This document shows positions 48,733 to 57,557 of a DNA stretch of 64,000 bases, piece by piece. The translations under genes and the position numbers were made by a program. The DNA comes from an uncultured Trueperaceae bacterium (GTDB lineage Bacteria; Deinococcota; Deinococci; Deinococcales; Trueperaceae). Below the pieces are notes generated by a model. It worked only from the letters and a program-made list of their open reading frames with translations, was not told the DNA's origin and searched no databases. The number at the start of each line of letters is the position of its first letter. Positions within the stretch are counted from its first letter, which is position 1. Location of the stretch: the NCBI GenBank assembly GCA_963727505.1, contig CAVSGP010000009.1, positions 512,001 through 576,000 on the forward strand, written 5' to 3'.

Positions 48733-50016
48733 GTGGTGCAGAACGCTGGAACGCCGAGCGAGGCGCGGGACCAGGCACTCCGCCGCAAGCGCTTCCGACT
48801 CATCGCGGTGGCCGCGCTGCTGGTGGTCGTCGGCGTGTTCGCGGTCATCTCGGTGCGCGACTACTTCACGGTCCGCGAGGTGCGGCTCCCCGACGTTGTG
48901 GGGATGCCGTACCCGGACGCGGCTCGGGTACTGCGCCAGGCGGGCCTGAAGCCGCAGGCGTTCGTGGAGAACGTGACCGGCGCCGCCAATCAGGCGGTCA
49001 CCACCCAGGCTCCCGAAGCCGGGACGGTTGTGCGCCAGGACCGCATCATCCACGTGGGAGTCAACAACCCACCGGCCCAGATGCGCGTGCCGAAAATGAC
49101 CGGGATGAGCGAAAAGGACGCTTTGAAGCAGGCGTCGGAGCTGAGCCTGCCGGTCACCTCGCTGATCTACCAGGCCGACGCGGCCGACGCCGGCACCGTG
49201 ATCGCTCAGGAGCCGGGCGGCGGGAGTGAGCTCGGTGCCGACGGGAAGCTTGCGCTCACCGTCAGCACGGGCCCGGCCCGCCAGCCGCTGAGCGTGCCCG
49301 ACGTCAAGGGAATGGACCATGCGGCTGCCGTCGCCAAGCTCAAGGCGGCGGGCTTCACCGAGGTCGAAGCCCTGCCGGGCGGCGTCAGCTTCGACAAGGT
49401 CGGCGCGGTCACGAGCACCCGACCGAAGGCTGGCTCGACCGTCCCGCCGGGGACCCCGGTGGCGGTCTTCTACGCACTCTCCGGACGCGCCATCGTCGAG
49501 GTGCCCAACGTCTCCGGCATGCCGTTGTGGCGTGCCCAGCTCGCCCTGGAAGCGGCCCAGCTCCGGATCGGGCATGTCGACTACGTGCAGCAGACCGACA
49601 AGCCGCAGGGCGTGATGAAGGTGGCGCCGTCGGGCTACACCCTGCCCGGCACGCCGCTGCAGGTCACCGTCAACGGCACCCCGAGCGCCAACCCACTGCA
49701 GACGGGCGGCGCTGGCAACGGAGGCTCACCGTCCGGAGCGGGGCTCGACGCCAACGGCGGGTCGGGCGCATCCGCCTCCGGAGGCACGCGCACGGTGCCG
49801 TTCAGCTTCGATCCCAGGACGATGGGGCTGAAGCGGCTGATGGACCAGGCCTACGAGCTGAAGCTGGTGGTGCGCGATGACGATGGAGAGCGCACCGTGC
49901 TGAACCGGGCGATGAAGGCGGGGGAGAGCCTCGTGATGACGGTGCAGGTGCATGGCAGCAACCCGCTTCTGCAGACCTACATCGACGGGGTGTTCTTCCA
50001 AGCCTGGCGACCCTGA
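48733..50016 (+). CDS. membrane-anchored PASTA domain protein
   Basis: TM helix then four PASTA starts: LPDVVGM, VPKMTGM, VPDVKGM, VPNVSGM. Confidence 0.9.
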   Translation: MVQNAGTPSEARDQALRRKRFRLIAVAALLVVVGVFAVISVRDYFTVREVRLPDVVGMPYPDAARVLRQAGLKPQAFVENVTGAANQAVTTQAPEAGTVVRQDRIIHVGVNNPPAQMRVPKMTGMSEKDALKQASELSLPVTSLIYQADAADAGTVIAQEPGGGSELGADGKLALTVSTGPARQPLSVPDVKGMDHAAAVAKLKAAGFTEVEALPGGVSFDKVGAVTSTRPKAGSTVPPGTPVAVFYALSGRAIVEVPNVSGMPLWRAQLALEAAQLRIGHVDYVQQTDKPQGVMKVAPSGYTLPGTPLQVTVNGTPSANPLQTGGAGNGGSPSGAGLDANGGSGASASGGTRTVPFSFDPRTMGLKRLMDQAYELKLVVRDDDGERTVLNRAMKAGESLVMTVQVHGSNPLLQTYIDGVFFQAWRP

Positions 50017-50318
50017 TCCCCACCCAGCAACGGGCGCAATGCGCCCAGCCCGCCCAGCACGTTGAAGGTGTGCCGGAATCCCGCCTGTTCCAGGTAGAGG
50101 CCCGCCAACTCACTGAGCAGACCCCGCTCGCAGACCAGATAGACCGGTGCGTCCAGATCGACGTCCGCCGGCAGCTCTCCGGCCTGGATGGCCTCCAGTG
50201 GCAGGCTGCGACTGCCGGGGAGTCCGTCACGGGCGTGCTGAACGGAGCTTCGCACGTCGAAGAAGGGAACGCCGTCGAGGAAGGCCCGGGCGGCGTCGGA
50301 CGGGGGTGCGCTGCGCAT
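49977..50318 (-). CDS. single-domain rhodanese
   Basis: FDVR, LPGSRSLPL, YLVCERG, AGF...NVLGG. Confidence 0.82.
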   Translation of the reverse strand: MRSAPPSDAARAFLDGVPFFDVRSSVQHARDGLPGSRSLPLEAIQAGELPADVDLDAPVYLVCERGLLSELAGLYLEQAGFRHTFNVLGGLGALRPLLGGDQGRQAWKNTPSM

Positions 50319-50489
50319 GCCCGAGCGTAGCGCGCCGGTGCGCCGGTGCGGGTTGTGGGCATGGCGCCGACGGCCGCCCGCACGGCTCTGGGTAGTGGGA
50401 ATTGTCGCTGCGGATGGGCCTTCGGGCCGAAACACTGGTTCTTGTATACTCGCTCGTGACGGAAGCGACGATAACGGAGGAGGTTGTCC

Positions 50490-52235
50490 GTGAGCCAACC
50501 CGAGATTTCACCGCTGGCGCGGAGGCTGGCGGAAGAGAACAACGTCGACTGGCGTGATCTGCACGGCAGCGGCGCGGGAGGCAAGGTCGTCGAGCGAGAC
50601 GTGCTCGAGTACCTGGCCCGCGTGATGGCGGGCGAGGAGGATCTCGATCCCACCCCGGAGCCGGTGCCCGAGGGCATGGAGGCCTGGCCCGAGGAGGACG
50701 TCCACACCTTCCGACAGGACATGCGGGCATCGAATCAGAACGTCGGCCTGCAGGAGATCCAGCAGGAGCTGTCGGCCTCCGACCGCCTCATCGAAGGGAC
50801 GTCGACCCCGGATGAGCCTCCGCTGGACATGGGTTCGGAAGGCGGCGGTGACGGACTCGACGCACAGGGAGACGACATCAGCGAGGACATCTTCCTGTTC
50901 GACGACGAGGATGCGGCGGTGCCGGAGGGGCCGCCTGCGGCGCAGACCGACGACGTAGGCTGGTCTGCCCGACTGCGTGCGGAGGAGGCCGAGCAGGAGG
51001 ACGAGCTGCTGGTCGCGGGCGAGGATGCCGCCGGTTGGGACGGCGGCCTCGACGATGAAGGGCTCGACGCCGTGGACGAGGAGGCGCTCTGGGCGAGCGC
51101 TGGCTCGCAGGACGCGCCGGGGCGCCTGCCCGAGGTATTCGGGGGCGTGGAGGAGACGCCGGCGGCCGCGCACGACCTTGGAGGTGACGCGCTGTTCGAC
51201 GACGCCGGGACGACCGCGGCCGGCGAGTCAGTGCCGGGCGAGTCCGTGCCCGACGAGCTGGACGTGGCGCCGCTCGGCGACCTCGAGCTCGACGATGAGG
51301 AGCGCGCTGGGGAGTACTACGGCGAGTTGCACGGCGGCTCTGTCGAAGAGGACCGTTCCGTCTCCGACTTCGAGGCGGGTTTCGACGGCGGTTTCGATGC
51401 GCCGGACGACAGCGAGGCGCAACTCGACGCCGGGGCGAGCGCCCGTCCCCCGGTGGACGAGGCCCCGGAAGGTGGCGTCCCGATGGCCGACGCCATGGAC
51501 GAGTCGATCGTTCGTCAGGAGGCTCCTGAGGTGACCTCCGACGAGGTGATGGACGCTCCGGCCTGGTCCACGGAGCCGGGCCCCGACCTGTCCGATGCGT
51601 CGCCGGTCGGGGTGCCGGCGACCGACGACGCTCCGCCCCCGGCCGTGTCGGAGCGGGCGAGCGCCGAAGGTGCTGCCGCGGCCGGCGCCATACCTTCTGA
51701 GTTGCCGCTGGTGAGCTACGGCACGCTGCTGCGGCGCCACCTCGATGTGACGGCGCTGGCCAGCGCACAGCTTGCGGTGGGACTCGAGCTCGGCGAGAGT
51801 GAGCCCCTGCCACCCGGACCGTTCCTGCTCCGAGCAGCCGCCATGGCGGCTGCCGGCGGAGCCTGGGGGGACGGGCCGGTGGCGGTGATCGGCTGGAACG
51901 AGCGGGGCGAGCTCCGCGTCACCCGGATGGCCGATGCGGCCGAGCGCCCGTTCGTCGATCTCGTGCGCGACGCGGGCGCGGCGCGGGGCGAGGCGTCGTC
52001 CGACGCGTCCGGCGTGAGCCTCGCCGTGGCCGACATGTCGGCACTGGAGGTGGACGAGGCCGTCCTGAACGTGGACGCCCCTCTTCTCACGCTGGGCCGC
52101 ATCCTCTACGACAATCAGCGCGGAAGCTACCGCAGCACGCTGTCGCTGGCGGGCGATGTGGCGCCCGAGCGGGGTGCCCGGCTGCTCGCCCGGGTGGCCG
52201 AACTGCTCGACGCTCCGGTGCGACTGCTGCTCTGA
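50490..52235 (+). CDS. E3-binding (PSBD) domain protein with acidic linker and degenerate E2-like C-terminus
   Basis: ISPLARRLAEENNVDWRDLHGSGAGGKVVERDV; RBS GGAGGAGG. Confidence 0.82.
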   Translation: MSQPEISPLARRLAEENNVDWRDLHGSGAGGKVVERDVLEYLARVMAGEEDLDPTPEPVPEGMEAWPEEDVHTFRQDMRASNQNVGLQEIQQELSASDRLIEGTSTPDEPPLDMGSEGGGDGLDAQGDDISEDIFLFDDEDAAVPEGPPAAQTDDVGWSARLRAEEAEQEDELLVAGEDAAGWDGGLDDEGLDAVDEEALWASAGSQDAPGRLPEVFGGVEETPAAAHDLGGDALFDDAGTTAAGESVPGESVPDELDVAPLGDLELDDEERAGEYYGELHGGSVEEDRSVSDFEAGFDGGFDAPDDSEAQLDAGASARPPVDEAPEGGVPMADAMDESIVRQEAPEVTSDEVMDAPAWSTEPGPDLSDASPVGVPATDDAPPPAVSERASAEGAAAAGAIPSELPLVSYGTLLRRHLDVTALASAQLAVGLELGESEPLPPGPFLLRAAAMAAAGGAWGDGPVAVIGWNERGELRVTRMADAAERPFVDLVRDAGAARGEASSDASGVSLAVADMSALEVDEAVLNVDAPLLTLGRILYDNQRGSYRSTLSLAGDVAPERGARLLARVAELLDAPVRLLL

Positions 52236-52260
52236 GCTTCTCATCGACCATGGAAACGGA

Positions 52261-52294
52261 AGCGCTCCGGCCCTGCGGCCGGAGCGCTGCTTTT
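52261..52294 (+). terminator. intrinsic terminator
   Basis: agcgctccggcc-ctgc-ggccggagcgct then gctttt. Confidence 0.7.
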
Positions 52295-52307
52295 CGAGGG
52301 ATGGTTC

Positions 52308-52589
52308 TCAGCTGGCCGGGGTGTCGGGGAGCAGCCACCAGAGCAGCAGGTAGCCGAGGCCGGTGACCCCGATCGACGGGATCAGCGACGCCGCGAAGAG
52401 CACGCGCACGACCGTCGGCGAGGCGTCGACGTAGGCGGCGATGCCGCCGCAGACGCCGGCCAGCACCCGGTCGGACCGCGAGCGCCGGAGCGAGGCCCCG
52501 GTATTGGGGCGCCGGGCACGCCGTTGATCGTGGGGCAGCCCGTCTCGAGGCGGCTCACCGGAAGGGGTGGGTTCGGGGTGGATCGTCAC
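52308..52589 (-). CDS. pspC: PspC domain protein
   Basis: LRRSRSDRVLAGVCGGIAAY...VRVLF...YLLLWWLLP. Confidence 0.88.
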   Translation of the reverse strand: MTIHPEPTPSGEPPRDGLPHDQRRARRPNTGASLRRSRSDRVLAGVCGGIAAYVDASPTVVRVLFAASLIPSIGVTGLGYLLLWWLLPDTPAS

Positions 52590-52933
52590 GACGGTGCCTC
52601 CGGGTCGCGCGGGATACTGGGGCGGGCTTCCGGGTCGCGCAGGGCGGCGTGCACGCGCGCTTCGAGCTCGCGCACGTCGACGCCGAAGTAGCGATCCGGC
52701 ACCAGCGCCAGGTGCTTGAGTGCCTTGGCGTAGTTGCGTCGCCCGCCTCGGGCGGAGCGCAGGGCGCGGGCCTTGTGGAGCGCCGCTGCCAGCAGGATGA
52801 TGCCGCCGAGGAAGTGCTTCTCGACGCCATGGCTGCGCGTCCACGCCTCCTCGAGCGCCTCATGGGCGTCCCAGTAGGCACCGTCTTCGAAGAGCGCCGC
52901 GCCGCGCCGCCAGGTGGGTTCGTCCAGCATCAC
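52586..52933 (-). CDS. DUF309 family protein
   Basis: LF..G.YWDAHEALEEAW, GIILLAAALHK. Confidence 0.85.
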   Translation of the reverse strand: MMLDEPTWRRGAALFEDGAYWDAHEALEEAWTRSHGVEKHFLGGIILLAAALHKARALRSARGGRRNYAKALKHLALVPDRYFGVDVRELEARVHAALRDPEARPSIPRDPEAPS

Positions 52934-52993
52934 GCCTCCCAGTATAGGCGCGGGTCCGTGGCCGGTCGCGCCGGCCGTGCGGTAGGCTGGGGC

Positions 52994-53596
52994 GTGCCCG
53001 ATCCGGCTCGTCTCCGACGCTCCTCCCGGCCCCGCCGGCTGGTGGTCGCCGTTACCGGCGGCAGCGGCCTGATCTATGCCGTGGATCTACTGCGCTTCCT
53101 GGCGGGCACGGAGGTGGAGACGCATCTGGTGGTGAGCGCGGGCGCCAAGCAGGTCGCCCCGACGGAGCTCGACGGCGGTCTCGACACCCTCGAGGGCCTG
53201 GCCGACGTCGTCCACAAGGACGCCGACCTCGGCGCCCCCATCGCGTCCGGCAGCTTCCGGGTCGACGGCATGGTGGTGGTGCCCTGCAGCGCAGGGACGC
53301 TCGCCAAGGTGGCAGCCGGCTTCGGCGACACCCTGGTCGCGCGGGCCGCACACGTCACACTCAAGGAACGGCGCCCGCTGGTGCTGGTGGTGCGCGAGGC
53401 TCCCTACTCCCGTCCCATGATCCAGAACATGCTCGCCGTCAACGATGCCGGCGCCGTGGTTCTGCCGGCCTCGCCCGGCTTCTACCAGCGCCCGCGCACC
53501 ATCGAGGATCTGGTGGGCGGCATCACCGCCCGCGTGCTCGATCACCTCGCGATCGACAACGCCCGCGCTCCCCGTTGGAAGGAGCCCGATGCCTGA
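52994..53596 (+). CDS. ubiX: flavin prenyltransferase UbiX
   Basis: VAVTGGSG, IASGS, VPCSAGTLA, LKERR.LVL..REAP, PASPGFY. Confidence 0.92.
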   Translation: MPDPARLRRSSRPRRLVVAVTGGSGLIYAVDLLRFLAGTEVETHLVVSAGAKQVAPTELDGGLDTLEGLADVVHKDADLGAPIASGSFRVDGMVVVPCSAGTLAKVAAGFGDTLVARAAHVTLKERRPLVLVVREAPYSRPMIQNMLAVNDAGAVVLPASPGFYQRPRTIEDLVGGITARVLDHLAIDNARAPRWKEPDA

Positions 53597-54269
53597 GCAG
53601 GTGGGCGTCGCCGGCCTGCTCGCTGCGGCCGGGCAGGGTCTCCGTCTGGCGGCCGGCCCGAAGGCCTTCGTCTCGGTCGGCGACCGTACGCTGCTGCAGT
53701 GGGCGGTGCTGGCCCTTCAGGACGTCGTCGATGAGGTCGTCGTGGCGGTCGCCGACGGCGACGAGGTGCGGGCGCGGGCGTTGGTGCCCGGTGTACGGGT
53801 GATCGCCGGCGGGGCCAGCAGGCAGGCCACCGTGGCGCGTCTCGTTCACGCCACCGACGCCGAGGTGGTGCTGGTCCACGACGCCGCACGTCCCTTCCTG
53901 CCCGAAGCGGTGGCGCGGCGGGTGGTGGCGGGCGCGCGGGCGGCGGGAGCCGCCAGCGCGGCGCTGCGTCTGGCCGACACGATCGTCGAGGTCGACACCG
54001 GGGTCACGCTCGAGCGCGACCGGCTGCGCGCCATCCAGACACCACAAGGCTTCCTGCGGTCCGTCCTGGAGGAAGCTCATGCGCGGGCTCGGGCCGAGCG
54101 GTTCGAGGCCACCGACGACGCAGCGCTGGTACGGCGGCTGGGCCGGCACGTCGAGCTAGTAGAGGGTAGCCCGCTGCTCCACAAGATCACGACGCCGGAC
54201 GACCTGCGTCTGGCCGCCGCGTTGGAGGAGCTGTGGTTGGAGCAGCGGGCTCGAGGAACGCTGCCATGA
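53589..54269 (+). CDS. ispD: 2-C-methyl-D-erythritol 4-phosphate cytidylyltransferase
   Basis: AAGQGLR, PKAF, GGASRQ, VHDAARP, QTPQ, TDDA, KITTPDD. Confidence 0.93.
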   Translation: MPEQVGVAGLLAAAGQGLRLAAGPKAFVSVGDRTLLQWAVLALQDVVDEVVVAVADGDEVRARALVPGVRVIAGGASRQATVARLVHATDAEVVLVHDAARPFLPEAVARRVVAGARAAGAASAALRLADTIVEVDTGVTLERDRLRAIQTPQGFLRSVLEEAHARARAERFEATDDAALVRRLGRHVELVEGSPLLHKITTPDDLRLAAALEELWLEQRARGTLP

Positions 54270-55132
54270 GCGGGCCAGGAAGCGGGAGCACGAGCGGAAC
54301 CGGAAGGGTCGAGGGAAGGGCCCACGCCAAGGTGAACCTCGGGCTGTCGGTGCTGGCCCGGCGGGGGGACGGCTACCACGAGATCGAGAGCCTGATGACG
54401 CGGGTTTCGCTGGCCGATGACGTGTGCGTCGTGCGCGACGGCACCGGTGTGGTGGTTTCCGTCGAGGGGGCCGAACTCCCCACCGACGACCGCAACCTGG
54501 CGCTGCGAGCGGCCCGCCGCTACCTGGAGGCCGCCGGCGCGGTCGATATCGGCGTCGCCATCGAGCTCACGAAGCGCATCCCGATCGCCGCCGGGCTGGG
54601 CGGCGGGTCCTCCGACGCTGCCGCGGTGCTGCGCGCCCTGAGAACGCTGGTCCCGGCCGACGTGGACCTGGAGCGGCTCGCCCTCGAGCTCGGCTCGGAC
54701 GTCCCCTTCTTCCTGGCCGGGCACGCCGCGGCGCTGGCACGGGGCCGGGGCGAGCGCCTCGAGGCGGTTCCGCTGCCGAAGCTGGCGCTGGTATTGGCGT
54801 ACCCGGGCGAGGCGGTGTCGGCGGCGGAGGCCTACGGAGCGCTGCAGAGCTTCACGTCGCGGCTGCAGCTCGATGCACTGCTCGAGAAGCTGCGTGCCGG
54901 CACGGAGCCCGGCTTCGTCAACGCCCTGCAGCCCGGTGTGGTGCGCGCCCACCCCGTGGTGCGCGAGGTCATCAAGGCGCTGCGCGCCGAGGGGTTGCGC
55001 GGGGTCAGCATGTCGGGGAGCGGAAGCTGCTGCCTGGCGCTCGCGCCGGACCGGGCCGAAGCCGAGGACGCCGCGCAGCGACTGCGCGCCGCTCATCCCC
55101 TGTGGACGGTGGTCGCCGCCGAGAGCGGCTGA
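54266..55132 (+). CDS. ispE: 4-(cytidine 5'-diphospho)-2-C-methyl-D-erythritol kinase
   Basis: AKVNL.L, DGYHEI, KRIPIAAGLGGGSSDAA, GSDVPFF, MSGSG. Confidence 0.95.
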   Translation: MSGPGSGSTSGTGRVEGRAHAKVNLGLSVLARRGDGYHEIESLMTRVSLADDVCVVRDGTGVVVSVEGAELPTDDRNLALRAARRYLEAAGAVDIGVAIELTKRIPIAAGLGGGSSDAAAVLRALRTLVPADVDLERLALELGSDVPFFLAGHAAALARGRGERLEAVPLPKLALVLAYPGEAVSAAEAYGALQSFTSRLQLDALLEKLRAGTEPGFVNALQPGVVRAHPVVREVIKALRAEGLRGVSMSGSGSCCLALAPDRAEAEDAAQRLRAAHPLWTVVAAESG

Positions 55133-55175
55133 GCCGCTGCGAGCGGCTCTGCCGCTGCGAGCGGCGTAGCCGCTC
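55123..55175. repeat. three tandem 18-bp palindromic units GAGCGGC-NNN-GCCGCT
   Basis: gagcggc-tga-gccgctgc, gagcggc-tct-gccgctgc, gagcggc-gta-gccgctc. Confidence 0.85.
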
Positions 55176-55180
55176 GTGCG

Positions 55181-55567
55181 TCAGCCTCCGCGCCGCGGGA
55201 AGTCCTTCTGGTGCTCCTCGTCGTCCTGCACGAGCAGATCTTCGCCGGCCAGCGACTCGACGTGGTGACGCAGCTCGTGGGTGATGGTCTCCCAAAGCTC
55301 ACCCTCCCAGTCGAAGGCGGGGTCGCCTTCGGCTACGGCCGCGAAGGAGCCGTAGTACACCGCGATGTGGCGACCGAGCCCGGGCTGCCCGCCGAGGAAG
55401 TCCTCCGCGCCGGGATCGAGGTATTCGCCGAGGCGATAGACGTCCTCGTAGTCCTCCTCCTCACGGGCCTCCTCGAGCACGTGCACGCCTTGCAATCCCT
55501 TCAGGAAGGCGTCGGGGATCTCGTCGACCATCGCTGCGGCGGCGTCGCGGAACGCCTCGTACGTCAT
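55181..55567 (-). CDS. minimal zincin-like metallopeptidase
   Basis: LGEY, IAVYYGSF, TITHELRHH. Confidence 0.82.
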   Translation of the reverse strand: MTYEAFRDAAAAMVDEIPDAFLKGLQGVHVLEEAREEEDYEDVYRLGEYLDPGAEDFLGGQPGLGRHIAVYYGSFAAVAEGDPAFDWEGELWETITHELRHHVESLAGEDLLVQDDEEHQKDFPRRGG

Positions 55568-55635
55568 GCTTCAGTCTACGGCTGGCGCCCAGCCGCTGCG
55601 GTGCCTGCCAGCCGCCTCCGGCGGGTGCTCGAAGC

Positions 55636-56685
55636 TCACCGGACCGTCGTCGGGACCCCGTCCCCCACCGCCACGGGACGTCCGAGTGCGGCGCTGTCGT
55701 AGGCGCGCAGAACGAGGCGCACGGCTTCGCGACCGTCCTCGCCGCTGCAGGCCACCGCGCGTTCGCCTCGAAGCGCGGCCATGAACGCACCGATGTGGCG
55801 GTTGTGCGGCCCCTCGCCGGCGAAGTCGTAGGTGGTGACGTCGGTCTCGCCCCAGGTGGTGCCCGGCGAGCCGCGGTAGCTGTGGCGCAACACCGGCGGC
55901 CCGAAGCGGTTGGTGCACTCCAGGGCTCCTTCGGTGCCGTAGATCCAGAAGCCCTCCTCCCAGCCGGTGGCCGTCCACGCCGTCTCAACCGTCCCCAGGG
56001 CGCCGTCGTCGAAGCGCAGGGACACCACCGCGGTGTCCTCGACCTCGACGTCGTACTGCAGGCGGGCGGTGCGGGCGTACACCTCTTCGACACGGCCGCC
56101 GAAGAAGCGAGCGAGGTCCATCAGGTGGCAGCCGTTGTCGAGCAACGTGCCGCCTCCCGAGGACGCCTGCGTGGCGAACGAGGGGCGCACGCCGAGCCCC
56201 GCCCAGTCGTGCGCCTGGCGCAGCCGCACGTAGGTGACGCGCCCGATGGCGCCGGCGGCGAGGAGCTCGCCGGCACGGCGGGCGGGCCCGCCGGAACGGA
56301 GTTGGTGGTTGACCTGCAACAGCACCCCCGCCCGACGGCAGGCGTCGATCATGCCGTCAGCGAGCTCCAGCGACAGCGCGATCGGCTTCTCCACCAGCAC
56401 ATGGATGCCCTTCTCGGCTGCCGCCAGGGTGGCCGGGTGATGCACGGCGGTGGGCGCGGCGATGCTCACGACATCGATGCCGCCGTCGTCGAACATGGCG
56501 CGGAAGTCGTGGTAGCGGCGCTCCACGCCCCAGACGCGGCCGGCGCGCTCGAGAGAGGCGTCGTCGACGTCGCACAACGCCACGATCTCTGCGCCAGCAG
56601 CCAGCCAGCCTTCCCGGTGGCGCCGCGAGATCGCGCCGGTACCGAGGATGGCAACCCGAACGGGGCGGTTGTCGACGGGGTTCAT
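55636..56685 (-). CDS. Gfo/Idh/MocA family oxidoreductase
   Basis: ILGTGAI, HVLVEKP, GGGTLLDNGCH. Confidence 0.92.
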   Translation of the reverse strand: MNPVDNRPVRVAILGTGAISRRHREGWLAAGAEIVALCDVDDASLERAGRVWGVERRYHDFRAMFDDGGIDVVSIAAPTAVHHPATLAAAEKGIHVLVEKPIALSLELADGMIDACRRAGVLLQVNHQLRSGGPARRAGELLAAGAIGRVTYVRLRQAHDWAGLGVRPSFATQASSGGGTLLDNGCHLMDLARFFGGRVEEVYARTARLQYDVEVEDTAVVSLRFDDGALGTVETAWTATGWEEGFWIYGTEGALECTNRFGPPVLRHSYRGSPGTTWGETDVTTYDFAGEGPHNRHIGAFMAALRGERAVACSGEDGREAVRLVLRAYDSAALGRPVAVGDGVPTTVR

Positions 56686-56707
56686 GAGGTCCTCCCGGGC
56701 CGGGGGC

Positions 56708-57460
56708 TCACCCGATGTGCTCCTTGCCCGGGTTGGGCACGGGCTCGAGCGCAGCCACCTGGATCGGCTTGCGAACGTCCACCGTGACCCGCCGCGCCGC
56801 GTAGTCCGCGGCGTTGGCGAGGATGCGGCGCACGTGCGGGTGGCGGTAGGTCGGGTAGGCCTCGTGGCCGGGCCGGAAGTACACCACGCGGCCGTGCCCG
56901 CGCCGCCACGTGCACAGGCTGCGGAACACCTCGCCCCCCTGGAACCAGGAGAGCATCAGGAGCTCGTCGGGTTCCGGCACGTCGAACCGCTCCCCGTACA
57001 TCTCCTCCTTCTCGAGCTCGAAGTGGTCGGGGACGCCCGCGAGGATAGGGTGCGAGGGCTGCAGGTTCCACAACCGCTCCTTCTCGTCGGCCTCGCGCCA
57101 GCGGAGCCAGCCGCTGGTGCCGAGCACGCGCTTGAACACCTTGGAGACGTGCCCCGAGTGCAGCACCACCAGACCCATCCCGGAGAGCACCGCAGCATGC
57201 ACGCGCTCGACGACGTCGTCGGAGACCTCGGCGTGGGCCTTGTGACCCCACCAGAAGAGCACGTCCGTGCTTTCGAGGACCTCCGGGGTGAGGCCGTGCT
57301 CGGGTTGTCGCAGCGTGGCGGTGCGCACCTCGGCGTCGAGGTGCTCGGTCAGAGCCGAGGCCACCTCGGCGTGGATCCCGTCGGGGTAGACGGCGCGTAC
57401 GAGCTCGTTCTCGATCTCGTGCAGGTATTCGTTCCAGACGGTGATGCGGATTCGGCTCAT
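56708..57460 (-). CDS. thuA: ThuA (trehalose utilization) protein
   Basis: TVWNEY.HE, YPDGIH, WWGHKAH, LHSGH.SK, EEMYGE, YFRPGHE. Confidence 0.9.
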   Translation of the reverse strand: MSRIRITVWNEYLHEIENELVRAVYPDGIHAEVASALTEHLDAEVRTATLRQPEHGLTPEVLESTDVLFWWGHKAHAEVSDDVVERVHAAVLSGMGLVVLHSGHVSKVFKRVLGTSGWLRWREADEKERLWNLQPSHPILAGVPDHFELEKEEMYGERFDVPEPDELLMLSWFQGGEVFRSLCTWRRGHGRVVYFRPGHEAYPTYRHPHVRRILANAADYAARRVTVDVRKPIQVAALEPVPNPGKEHIG

Positions 57461-57557
57461 GCATGTCCTCCGGGGGCGGGCGCGCCCCGATCCGGTCGAG
57501 CATACGTCCGGGTGCGGCCGCCGCGTCAAGGGGCGCGCGGCACGTTCGGGCCCGGCG

